Source: Squalus acanthias (taxonomy: Eukaryota). From it: a stretch of 64,000 nucleotides of DNA. The stretch spans positions 92,878,001 to 92,942,000 of the forward strand of contig CM059432.1 in the NCBI GenBank assembly GCA_030390025.1. The letters are read 5' to 3'. Positions 47,447 through 59,715 of the stretch are shown here, in pieces. A program made the position numbers and the translations under genes. The notes under the pieces are model-generated. The model ran no database searches. It saw nothing but the letters and a program-made list of their open reading frames with translations, and was not told the origin of the DNA. The first letter of the stretch is position 1. Each line of letters starts with the position of its first letter.

Positions 47447-50363
47447 TTTAAAAAAAATTCATTCACTGGATGTGGGCGTCGCTGGCAAGGCCAGCATTTA
47501 CTGCCCATCCCTAATTGCCCTTGAGAAGGTGGTGGTGAGCCGCCGCCTTGAACCGCTGCAGTCCGTGTGGTGAAGGTACTCCCATAGTGCTGTTAGGGAG
47601 GGAGTTCCAGGATTTTGACCCAGCGACAATGAAGGAATATAGGGGGAGAAATTGGGTACCTTTGTGCCTCCTGTTATCTCCTCCGGGGAAGGGCGAGAAC
47701 GGGGCGCTAACCACTTACCACCCAGATGCGGCGAGAATATCGCTTCCCGTTAAATTCGGCAGGAGGTTTACGGCGGCGGTATGGCGTTAACGCCTGGAGA
47801 TCATGACATCATCGCCCCGTTAGTGCCCTGGACCCAAACTTCTCGCTCCGCCTCTGCAGCATCGCCGGGTGATGACACTGACAGCTGCAGGAGGCATTGA
47901 TCGGGAGACCGGGCGTTTCTGGGGCGAAAGTTAAAGGGGAGGTTGCAGAGGTAAGTCCCTAAATTTTTGAAATGGTTTTGGTCTTTTTTTTCCTTCTCCT
48001 GGGCCCGGCACTCTGCTGGAGTGCATGGGGCTGATCGAGCTGAATCGTGGCCACCGTCGGGGACCAGCTAACTGATTCCAATGCAGGGCCTGCAGTGATG
48101 GCCCTTTCCTTTAAGGGAGGGAAGGAGCCTCGGAATGCGGCAGCGCTGCACAACCATCGCCCCGCCTGCTTAGCGCGCCACTTCCTTCTTGGAGCGCTAA
48201 ACCAAATTTCGTGAAAGCTGGGAATCATTAGTGCCTGGCGCTAAGTTTCCCAGCTTTCAAAGGTTACAGCCCCAAATGGGGCAATAATGAATTTCTACCC
48301 CATATACTGTATTTCCAAGTCAGGATAATGTGTGACTTGGGGGTGGTGGTGTTCGCATGCGCCTGCTGCTCTTGTCCTTCTAAGTGGTAGAGATCGTGGG
48401 TTTGGGAGGTGCTGTCGAAGAAGCCTTGGCGCGTTTCTGCAGTGTATCTTGTAGATGGTACACACTGCAGCCACGGTGGTGGAGGGAGTGAATGTTTAAG
48501 ATGATGGATGGGGCGCCAGTCAAGCGCGTTGTTTTGTCCTGGATGGTGTCGAGCTTCTTCAGTGTGGTTGGAGCTGAACTCATCCAGGCAAGTGGAGAGT
48601 ATTCCATCACACTCCTTACTTGTGCCTTGTAGATGGTGGAAAGGCTATGGGGAGTCTGGAGGTGAGACAATCGCTGCAGAATACCCAGCCTCTGAGCTGC
48701 TCTTCTAGCCACAGTATTTATGTGGCTGGTCCAGTTAAGTTTCTGTTTAGTGGTGACCCCCCAGGATATTGATGGTGGGGGTTTCGACAATGGTTATGCC
48801 ATTGAATGTCAAGGGGAGGTGGTTAGACTTTCTTTTGTTGCAGATTGTCATTGCCTGGCACTTGTGTGGTGTGAATGTTGCTTGCCACTTTTCAGCCCAA
48901 GCCTGAATGTTGTCCAGGTCTTGCTGCATGCGGACACGGACTGCTTCATTATCTGAGGAGTTGTGACTGGAACTGAAAACTGCATCATCAGCGAACATCC
49001 CAACTTCTGACCTTAGGATGGAGGGAAAGTCATTGATGAAGCAGCTGAAGATGGTTGGGCCAAGGACACTGCCCTGAGGAACTCCTGCAGCGATGTCCTG
49101 GGGCTGAGATAATTGAGACCACCAACAACCACAACCATCTTCCTTTGTGCTAGGTATGACACCAGCCAGTGGAGAGTTCTCCCCCTGATTCCCATTGACT
49201 TCAATTTTATTAGGGCTCCTTGATGTCACTCTCGCCTCACATCTGGAATTCCGCTCCTTTGTCCATGTGTGGACCAAAGCTGTAATGAGGTCTGGAGCCG
49301 AGTAGTCCTAGAGGAACCCAAACTGAACATCAGTGAGCAGGTTATTGGTGAGTTGGTGCTGCTTGATAGCACTGTCAATGGCACTTTTCATCACTTTGTT
49401 GATGATTGAGAGTAGACTGATGGGACGCTAATTGGCTGGATTGGATTTGTTCTACCTTTTTGTTGACAGGACATACCTGGGCAATTTTCTACTTTGTCGG
49501 TTAGATGCAAGTGTTGTAGCTGTACTAGAACAACTTGGCTAGACTAGCGGCTAGTTTCAACACTACAGCTGGAATATTGTCAGGGCCCATAGGCTTTGCT
49601 GTATCTAGTGTGCTCAGTCGTTTCTTGATATCACGTGTAGTGAATCGAATAGGCTGAAGACTGGCTTCTGTGATTGGGGGGTCCTCGGGAGGAGGCCGAG
49701 ATGAATCCTGCACTCGGCACTTCTGGCTGAAGATGGTTGCAAACACTTCAGCCTTGTCTTTTGCACTCGCATGCTGGGCTCCGCCATCATTGAGGATGGG
49801 GGATATTCATGGAGCCTACTCCTCCTGTTAGTTTTTAATTGTCCACCACCATTCACGACTGGATGTGACCGGACTGCAGAGCTTTGATCTGGTCCGTTGG
49901 TTGTGGGATCACTTAGCACTGTCTATAGCATGCTGCTTCTGCTGTTTAGCATGCCTGTAGTCCTGTGTTACAGCTTCACCAAGTTGGCACCTCATTTTTA
50001 GGTATGCCTGGTGCTGTTCCTGACCTGCACTTCTAAACTCCTCATTGAACCAGGGTTGGTTGTCTGGCTTGATGGTAATGGTAGAGTGAGGGATATGCTG
50101 GGCCATGAGGTTACAGATTATGGTGGAATACAATTCTGCTGCAACTTATGGCCCACAGCGCCTCATGGATGCCCAGTTTTGAGCTGCTAGATCTGTTCTG
50201 AATCTATTCCATTTAGCACGGTGGTATGCCACACAAACCGATGGAGGGTGTCCTCAGTGTGAAGATGGGACTTGGTCTCCACAAGGACTGTGCAGTCGTC
50301 ACTCATTTCAATACTGTCATGGACAGATGTATCTGCGACAGGTAGATTGGTGAGGATGAGGTC
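47447..50363 (-). mobile_element. 5'-truncated family B LINE, interrupted by a MITE
   Basis: Colinear with 1-2160; [10 protein letters not shown] and MFADD motifs; tail at 47447-47530. Confidence 0.93.
47642..48301. mobile_element. Harbinger-type MITE (660 bp)
   Basis: TIRs gggggagaaatt / aatttctacccc (11/12 match), 3-bp TSD ATA (47639-41 and 48302-04). CpG-rich, so probably young. The LINE continues on both sides. Confidence 0.82.
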
Positions 50364-51909
50364 TTTTCGCCTTTATATTTCTGCTTTTACTGTCAATACT
50401 ATGGGCACAAGTTTTTATAGTGCAAACTGGCTCAATTTGAAGAAAGCTATCTTATTTGTGAGCTATTTTTGAATTGATTTCATACCACTATGAAAATCAC
50501 TAAAATGATGGGCAAAAATTTTTTTTGCCGTGATTTGTGACGATTTAGTAATGGCCTAGATTCGCTTGTGCCAGTTTGTGTTCTGTTCAGAATTGTTCAT
50601 ACAGTCAATTCCTCTTAATTCAAAGTCCTTTCATTTGAAATTTGAATTTTTTTTAGCACTAAATTCCCAATTTGCTATATTATGTTGCTTAACTAAAATG
50701 ACTGAATAATTCTATTTTTTAATATAAAAATTAACTGAATCATCAGGTGTGGACTGCAACATTTAAAGAGCGGGTAAAGTTACCTGAACCCTGAAGTTTG
50801 GTATAGGCGAGGGGTATGAATTATTTTTCATTAAAGACTTGATTTACTTGTTAACTGTTAATATTTGTTCACGGTCTGAAGAATGAGATTTTAGATGGGT
50901 TTTCAGTTTATTTGATCGCATCACTGAAGACGATGCATTGTCTGTGGGATAATTGGATTAAACGTAATATTTGAAAGTTCCCTTATAGTGGCTTTCAAGT
51001 TAAATTAACGTTTTACTAATGCAGACCTGGAACTTAAAACCAGTCTGGTAGTTAAATGCTCTCGGCTCATAAGCATTAGCTCTCATAACTCCTCTTGGAA
51101 AGCTAAATTTAGTTCCTGCTCAGATGTATTGTAAATGTATTGTACTGCTTATTTACTCCCATCAAAATTTTCTACTGCTTTCTTAGTCCAAGTTTCTGGT
51201 AGATCTTAACTTGAAGAGTTTGAGGCCCTTGGTTATGGTCTTAAATTTGAAGCAGAGATCTGAAATCATCAGTAAAAATTGCTTACTTACACAGCCAGTG
51301 TTATATCTAATAGTGCATAAGTATATTTTTTTAGGTGGATCTCATTGATAAATAAACTGTTTCCCCAGTCCAATTACAATTTTTTGTATCAGCTATTGGG
51401 ATCTGCAGTGGGAGATCTGGATTACTCTTTATTTGATTTTATTAATTGCAACTGCTACCCTTATGGTGGTAAAGTATTTGAGCCAGGATTTAGGAAGCAG
51501 ATCAGTATTAGAAGATGAGCGGAAACAGTTAAAGACGGCATACATGGTGATTGAAATGCAGATGATACTGTTGTGTGGAATTAAATTGGAGAAATAGTTA
51601 GAATCCGGTGATCAATCCATATAACCGTCATCTTATAAAGTTGCAAATTTTGGACTTTAATACAAACATAGAAAATATGAGAAATTAAAACTCAAAAGAC
51701 TTGACCGTTCAGTAAACGTATCCCTGACTATTCAGCAATGTTCAATTCTATTTTTTTTTAAAAAACAAACAAATTTGCCATGTTGTGGTGGGCTTTCTGG
51801 TCAGGCCCATCATGTTTGCTATATTTCTGATTCTAGGCATGGAAATGTGACGCATCTTCAACTGGGTCTTGGGGCCCTGTTGATTAGAGTTAAAAATCAT
51901 TAATGTTTT

Positions 51910-52115
51910 AGGGACTGAGCTGTACAAACGAGGAAAAATCCCGGGTTTGATTCCTGATCTTGGCAGAATTGGCCTATTCCCCGATCATATGTGACCCATG
52001 CTGGAAATATGCACATGTAGATGTTGGGCAAGGATTGGATCAGGTTGACTGGTTCCCCCTCAGTAAACATTTCGGTGAGGAACCAGTGGGCAACCACTTG
52101 ATGTTGAACTGTATT
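51910..52115 (+). mobile_element. Decayed ancient tRNA-SINE resembling AmnSINE2
   Basis: actgagctgtacaaacgaggaaaaatcccgggtttgattcc...gtgacccatgctggaaa...gggcaaggattggatcagg resembles the consensus as I recall it; internally deleted. Confidence 0.45.
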
Positions 52116-52360
52116 CCTGCTTTAGAAAATGTGGATTAAGCAGGGAAAAGATCAAATAGGAATAAAATGGATTAATAGTTCAGTGTAAACATAGCACATC
52201 AGCCACGTTGTGCACTCAAGCTGACAGAGAAGAACCGAAAACAATGAAATTGCTGCTATGAACTTACGGTGTCTATTATATGAAATATGCAGATGGAAAT
52301 GATTACTGCCTCCTAGTTGTTACTAGCTATCTATTTTCTATTTAATCCTGTGCCAAACAG

Positions 52361-52418
52361 CCAAAGGTGAAATTAGGAGGTTCACCAGAACTGAAGAACT
52401 GGTGTCGGAGGACAATTC
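52361..52418 (+). CDS. Candidate 58-nt internal exon of the zinc-finger gene
   Basis: Acceptor ctattttctatttaatcctgtgccaaacag| and donor TTC|GTAAGT. Open in phase 0 (PKVKLGGSPELKNWCRRTI), compatible with the 44355 donor. No recognised homology. Confidence 0.35.
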
Positions 52419-53532
52419 GTAAGTTCCTATTTGTTTTGTAACAATTCAAAAGCACAGTAAAATAATTACAAGAACCTAGGAGGCAGGTATCTCTAAAACC
52501 TGCTTTCATCAACTTTATAAATGGCACTAATCACCTCCAAGTGTCTCGCTGCTGATTTAGACCAAAGGTATAATTTCAAATTGCTACAATTGTGATTTTC
52601 TCTTTTTTAAATTACTGTTCTCTATTTGATCTATTTTGCCATGTGTAAAGTTGCAAAGCAGACCGTTGATGACCATATTTCAAGCTGCACTGACCAATAA
52701 TTCTGTTCTCGGAAGCACTTAAAATGTAAAGGGTAAACACAGCAGCGGAACAAAGTGCAAGGATGCAGATTTGATTCCCTGATTAGTTGAGTTTTTAATC
52801 TGGGCAGCTGAGGCTGGGCCCATATAGTGGTTAGCTTAAAATGTTGTTAGATGGCCTGGAAAGCAGATGGCCCACAGTTAAAGCATGGTCCGAAGAGTTC
52901 CCTAGACCTGAGAAAGATGTCACCCCTACAGAAACTAAGGAATGCTTTTTAGATTTTTTTTAAAAGAAGAGTACAAATGATCAGATTATTGTTCCAAACA
53001 CACTTTTTCATGTATGTAAATATTCACGTGGGGTGAAACAAAAAGATACTTTGTACTCTTGTGAAATAAGCGATTGATCTGAAGACCTGAGTGCCAAGTC
53101 CTGTACCCTTGAGCACACATTATCAAGTATGCTTGGGTCACTAAGTACCTGTATTAATGTGTTAATTACAATACTGCCCACTCTTGCTTTGACCAAGATC
53201 AGTCCCATTTCCCACTGGTTACATTAAATTGTCTTGAGTTTGTTCTGTACTTGAGCTGTAAATGTGTAAAAAAATAAATAAATAAATAAATAAAAATTAT
53301 AACTTGTTTCACAAAGCTGATCATCTAAACAATTTTGTTCCAACAGACCCGTGCAGTAGTATGCACTATGAATGTGGAAATGCATGCTTGAAAGCTGCCA
53401 ATTAGCAAGTTTATTTAGATTAAAACTCGAGGTGACATCATGTGCTGTTGGATTGAGGTGATTTGGATATAGCCTTCCTTTGATTAGTTAAACTAGCATG
53501 GTTCTCCTACGATTTGGCATTCCGCCCTCCGT

Positions 53533-54965
53533 TTAGAATCATAGAATGGTTACAGCACGGAAGAAGGCCATTTGGCCTGTTGAGCCCGTGCCGGCTCTCT
53601 GCAAGAGCACTCCAGCTAGTCCCAATCCCTTGCCCTTTCCCCGTAGCCCTGCAAATTTATTTCCTTCAGGTACTTATCCAACTCCCTTTTGAAAGCTGTG
53701 ATTGAGTCTGCCTCCACCACCCTTTCAGGCAGTGCATTCCAGATCCTAACCACTCGCTGAGTAAAGAAGTTTTTTCCTCATGTCGCCTTGGTTCTTCTGC
53801 TAATCACCTTAAATCTGTGTCCTCTGGTTCTCGACTCTTCTGCCAATGGGAACAGTTTCTCTCTATCTACTCTGTCCAGACCCCTCCTGCTTTTGAACAC
53901 CTCTATCAAATCTCCTTTCAATCTTCTCTGCTCCAAGGAGAACAACCCCAGCTTCTCCAGTCTATCCATGTAACTGAAGTCCCTCATTCCTGGAATCATT
54001 CTCATAAATCTTTTCCGCACCTTCTCTAAGGCCTTCACATCTTTCCTAAAGTGTGGTGTCCAGAATTGGACACAGTACTCCAGTTGGGGCCGAACCAGTG
54101 TTTTATACAGGTTCATCATAATTTCTACACTTTTGTACTCTATACCTCTATTTATGAAGCCCAGGATCCCGTAAGCCTTTTTAACTGCTTTCTCAACCTG
54201 CCCTGCCACCTTCAACGATTTGTGCACACATACCCCCAGGTCTCTCTGTTCGTGCAACCCCTTCAGGATTGTACCCTTTAGTTTATATGTCCCCTCATTC
54301 TTTCTACCAAAATGTATCACTTCACACTTTTCCGCGTTAAAGTTCATGTGCCACGTGTCTGCCCATTTCACCAGCCTGTCTGTCGTCTTGAAGTCTATCA
54401 CTCTCCTCCTCACTGTTCACTATACTTCCCAGTTTTGTGTCATCTGCAAATTTTGAAGTTGTGCCCTGTGCACCCACGTCCAAGTCATTAATATATCAAG
54501 AAAAGCAGTGGCCCAAGAACACCTGGTGAACACCACTGTATACCTTCCGAAAAACAACCGTTCACCACTACTTTGTTTCTATCACTTAGGCAATTCTGTA
54601 TCCATGCTGCCACTGTCCCTTTTATTCCATGGGCCTCAATTTTGCTGGAAAACCTATTATGTGGCACTTTGTCGAACGCCTTTTGGAAATCCATGTACAC
54701 TACGTCAACCGCATTGCCCTCATCAACCCTCTGTTACCTCCTCAAAGAACTCAATCAAGTTAGTTATACACAATTTGCCTTTAACAAATCAAGTGTCTCC
54801 CACTACCTCCTCCTTCACTGTCTATGGCAGCATCCTCTTCCTTGGTGAAGACAGATGCAAAATACGCATTTAGTACCTCAGTCATACCCTCTGCCTCCAT
54901 GCATCGGTCTCCTTTTTGGTCCCTAATTGGCCCTACCCCGCCTCTTACTACCCGTTTACTATTTT
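53533..54965 (-). mobile_element. CR1 LINE 3' part with internal deletion
   Basis: YMDFQKAFDKVPH, WADTWHMNFN and LVRPQLEYCVQFW motifs; tail near 53535-53600. Confidence 0.92.
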
Positions 54966-56416
54966 TTATAAAAAGGGGAAGGGTTTGTGCTACTTATTAT
55001 AATGGGTAGGTACTTCAATGGTGACCTTTTTAATTAGAGCTACATGTCCACTTACTGCTGTTAAGTTAACCATATGATACCACACTGTAGGCAAGTCTCT
55101 TATTTAGGTATAACTGAGAATTACTTACAAAGACAAGTGGGATGGTACTACAGGAAGTTAGTGGGAGAATGCTTTAACCCCAGGAATACAGAAGCCATGT
55201 AATTTAAACTTGTAAGATAGTTTAAATGTAGCCCTGTAGTTATGGATAGATAAAAATAGTGAAGATCTAGATTAGCCCTGCTAGTCCGGTATTTTATTAT
55301 ATTTTGGTTTTAATTCAGAGCATGGAAATTGGGGGGCAAATTCCAATGGTTCAAATCCAGAATTGACTTCTTTATGCATGCAAATACTGGGGAGTTTAAC
55401 AAAATGCAGAAGAAAATTCTTTACGGTTGTGTTCATCTAGACCTGTGGATTCCCCATTCCATTTTGAGTATGTAACCTTTGAATCTCTGGTGCAAAAATT
55501 AGGGAATTACTTGATAAACGTATGTGCTGGAAACTGGCATCTTCTCCCTTTTTAAATTATTATACCTAAAGACTTTGCCTCTGGTGTACTGTCTACAAAA
55601 ACAAATCAGGTATTGAAATGAAAACAGCATATTTGAAAATTTTAATCCATTGCTAAATAAGATTTATCTACTGAATATGCTTGATTAAATTGTATTTGGA
55701 TTTAGTTGACTGTTAGTTCAGCCATGCTGGAGGTACATGTGTGCCAATAGGGTCAAATAGAATAAAGAAGATAAAATTGTAGTTTAGAGTGTAGGTAAGT
55801 TAAGTATTTGTCCACTCATTTAATGAAGTAGATGCCAGAAACAACACAGATAATTTTCAGTGACCTTTTAATCAAAATATACATCTTAATGGTGGATGAT
55901 TCAAAACATTTAAATCAATTTAAACCAAATTATTACAGATTGGAATAATATTAGCAAGCAATTTGTCAAAGAAGGAAAGAAGACAGCTTTTTTTAGTATA
56001 AAATGGGAATTAATTAAATTTGTATAACCCAGAGTGAATTATTTCCTCACTTTAAAAAAAAAAAGTAGGAGAAAGTAATATTAAGCCCAATTTTTGGCTA
56101 CAGAGTAAAGTCTTTTTATTTCTTTTTGCTGCCTTGCACACTTATTTTATTTATCCAGTTTAATGTTTGTTGTATTGGAACAAGATTACTACAGTATATC
56201 ATCCATACACCTAGTGTATCAAAAATTTCTGCAGTGGTGTGTTTTCCATTAAAACCCCATTTGCCTCCATGAATATCTGTTCTATCAGAGCATTTTCATT
56301 TTTACAGTCAAAATTAAGTGACTATTTCTGAGTATGTCTTCCACAGTGCTGTTTGTATGGTGTATTTTTATTAACCTCAACAATTCAGGTGATTTTACTG
56401 AACGCCCCATTTAACC

Positions 56417-56498
56417 ATGCAGTAATGGGTTAATTTGCTTTGGAATGCAGTAATGGGTTAATTTGCTTTGGAATGCAGTAATGGGTTAATTTGCTTTG
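56417..56498. repeat. Perfect 28-bp tandem repeat, 2.9 copies
   Basis: Unit atgcagtaatgggttaatttgctttgga at 56417, 56445 and 56473. Confidence 0.95.
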
Positions 56499-56621
56499 CA
56501 AAACTGGGAAGCATGCTAGAACTTCAGGAAAACAGGAAAAAATGCTTCATAGCACCAGTTGATGTGGATATATTTCTACTTGTACCAGTACAGTTCTACG
56601 GTAGATATGTTAACATGTATT

Positions 56622-59120
56622 ACAGACTGTAAAAGCTTCTATAGGTATGTAAAAAGGAAAAGATTAGTGAGTGGGTCCCTTACAGGCTGAGACAGGAGAA
56701 ATTATAATAGGGAATAAGGAAATGGCGCAGAAATTAAACAAATACTTTGTCTTCACGGAAGAAGACTCAAAAAACCTCCCGGAAATAGTGGAGAACCAAG
56801 GGTCTAGCGAGAATGAGGAACTGAAAGAAATTAGTATTAGTAAAAAAAAAATAGTGCTAGAGAAATTAACAGGACTGAAAGCCGATAAATCCCCTGGACC
56901 TGGTGGCCTACATCTTAGGGTTTTGAAAGAGGTGGCAATGGAGATAGTGGATGCATTGGAAGGTCATGTAACCCCAGTATTTAAGAAAGGAAGGAGAGAG
57001 AAAATGGGGAACTACAGACCAATTAGCCTGACATCAGTAGGGAAAATGCTAGAATCTATTATTAAGGACATGGTAACAGGGTATTTAGAAAATCATAATA
57101 TGATTAGGCAGAGTCAACATAGTTTTATGAAAGGGAAATCATGTTTAACAAATTTATTAGAGTTTTTTGAGGATGTAACTAGCAGGGTAGATAAAGGGGA
57201 ACCAGTGGATGTAGTCTTTTTGGATTTCCAAAAGGCATTCGATAAGGTGCCAAATAAAAGGTTGTTATGCAAGGTATGGGGTTATCGGGTTGGGGGTAAT
57301 ATATATGGATAGAGGATTAGTTAATGGCCAGAAAACAGAGTAGGGCTAATCGGGTCATTTTCAGGTTGGCAGGCTGTAACAAATGGGCTGCTGCTGCTTG
57401 GACCTCAGCTATTTATATGACTTAGATAACAGGGCACTTAGATTAGAATTGGGCAGAGTCAACACGGATTTATGAAAGGGAAATCGTGTTTGACGAATCT
57501 TAGTTTTTTGAGGTTGTAACTAGAAAGAAAGACGTGCATTTATATAGCGCCTTTCACGACCACCGGACGTCTCAAAGCGCTTTACAGCCAATTAAGTACT
57601 TTTGAAGTGGAGTCACTGTTGTAATGTGGGAACCGCGGCAGCCAATTTGCGCACAGCAAGCTCCCACAAACAGCAATGTGAAAATGCCCAGATAATCTGT
57701 TTTGGCTGAGGGAGAAATATTGGCCAGGACACCGGGGATAAATCCCCATACTCCTCTTGCAATAGTGCCATGGGATCTTTTGCGTCCACCTGAGAGAGCA
57801 GACGGGGCCTCGGTTTAACGTCTCATCCGAAAGACGGCACCTCTGACAGTGCAGCACTCCCTCAGCACTGCACTGTCAGCCTAGCTTTATGTGCGCAAGT
57901 TCCTGGAGTGGGATTTGAACCCACATCCTTCTGACTCCGAGGCAAGTGTGCTACCAACTGAGCCACAGCTGACACTGGCAGAATAGATGAGGGGGAACCA
58001 GTGCATGTGGTGTATATGGATTTTCAGAAGGCATTCGATAAGGTGCCACACAAGAGGTTATTAAACAAAATTATGGCTCAAGAGATTGGGGGTAATATAC
58101 TAGCATGGATTGAGGATTGGTTAACTGACAGGCTATAACAAGTGGGGTACCGCAAGGATCAGTGCTTGGGCCTCAGCTATTCACAATCTATATCAGTGAT
58201 TTGGATGAGGGGACCAAATGTAATATATCCAAGTTTGCTGCTGATACAAAGCTAGGTGGGAATATAAGTTGTGAGGAGGATGCAAAGAGGCTTCAAGGGG
58301 ATATAGACAGGCTAAGTGAATGGGCAAGAACATGGCAAATGGAATATAATGTGGAGAAATGTGAAGTTAACCACTTTGGTAGGAAAAATAGAAAAGCAGA
58401 GTTTTTTAAATGGTGAGAGATTGGGAAATGTTGGTGTTCAGAGGGACCTGGGTGTCCTTGTACATGAATCACCTGAAAGTTAACATGCAGGTACAGCAAA
58501 TGGTATGTTGGCCTTTATTACAAGAGGATTTGAGTGTAAGAGTAAAGATGTCTTACTGCAGTTATATAGGGCCCTGGTGAGACCACACCTGGAGTATTGT
58601 GTACAGTTTTGATCTCCTTACCTAAGGAAGGATATACTTGCCATAGAGGGAGTGCAACGAAGGTTCACCAGAATGATTCCTGGGATGGAGAGATTGAGTC
58701 GACTAGGCCTATATTCACTAGAGTTCAGAAGAATGAGAGGTGATCTCATTGAAACATACAAAATTCTTACAGGGCTTGACAGGATAGATGCAGGGAGGAT
58801 GTTTCCCCTAGCTGGGGAGACGAGAACCAGGAGTCACAGTCTCAGAATAAGGGGTTGGCCATTTAGGACTGATGAGAAATTTCTTCACTCAGAGGGTGGT
58901 GAATCTTTGGAATTCTCTACCCCAGAGGCCAGTGGAGGCTCAGTCGTTGAGTATATTCAAGACAGAGATCGATATATTTTTGGATATTAAGGGAATCAAG
59001 GGATATGGGGATAGTGCAGAAAAGTGGAGTTGAGGTAGAAGATCAGCCATGATCTTATTGAATGGTGGAGCAGGCTCGAGGGGCTGAATGGCCTACTCCT
59101 GCTCCTATTTCTTATGTTAT
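56622..59120 (+). mobile_element. Two adjacent or duplicated CR1 ORF2 fragments ending in one 3' tail
   Basis: The QSQH.FMKGKSCLTNL region occurs twice (about 57110 and 57455); NYRPISLT and SKFAADTKLGG motifs; tail at 59040-59120. Confidence 0.88.
57522..57977 (-). mobile_element. Full-length SacSINE1-like DeuSINE (tRNA head, Deu domain, L2-type tail)
   Basis: Minus strand: tggctcagttggtagc and ggttcaaatcc boxes, ggatgagacgttaaaccgaggccc...aaagatcccatggcactatt, attgctgtttgtgggagcttgctgtgcgcaaattggctgccg, tail gaaaggcgctatataaatgca. Confidence 0.88.
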
Positions 59121-59715
59121 GTATATCAAAGTCTTTTGAGTGAAAATTAAAGCTTCCAAAATACTAACAGTAATTGATGCCTACATTAGAACTGACATCA
59201 AATCGAAGTTTGTATAAGGAATAATGGATCTATCCTTTGTCCTTTCTGTCTACATTGGTATTCTCTCAGTTGTTGAACTTGTAGCTGGGTCAGATGATCT
59301 CTTTTATAACGTTCATTGATTAAATGAACATGCCTGGAGGATTGTTCTTGTCTAGGATCATATTAACAGGGAAGGGAAAGGTGTGATTTAAGTTTGTTCT
59401 GGATATATACAGGAAAATTCAGTGGCAGCACAGGAAATGGTTAAATAATAAGCTTTTCTGGATGTCAAGGTGAGGGTTTCTAATTTTCATTTGCCACTGA
59501 ATAAGGCAATCAAGTCTATCTTTTCAGACTACCTAGTAGCAAAAATAAGCCAAGATCCTTCATAATCATGCACATAACCTGGTTATATCCTGTTAATTGT
59601 GCTTTTCTTCATATCAGTAGTACTAATAGTAACTAACAAGTTGATAGGGTGAACACAAATATACACCTATGGAAATTATTGAAAGGACTTATTTGCCACT
59701 ACTCAATTTTGCAGT

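Noticed and set aside
53270..53295. (AAAT)n microsatellite
   Set aside because: Ordinary short simple repeat.
56417..56498. CRISPR-like 28-bp repeats
   Set aside because: Directly adjacent copies without spacers, no cas genes, and vertebrate context.
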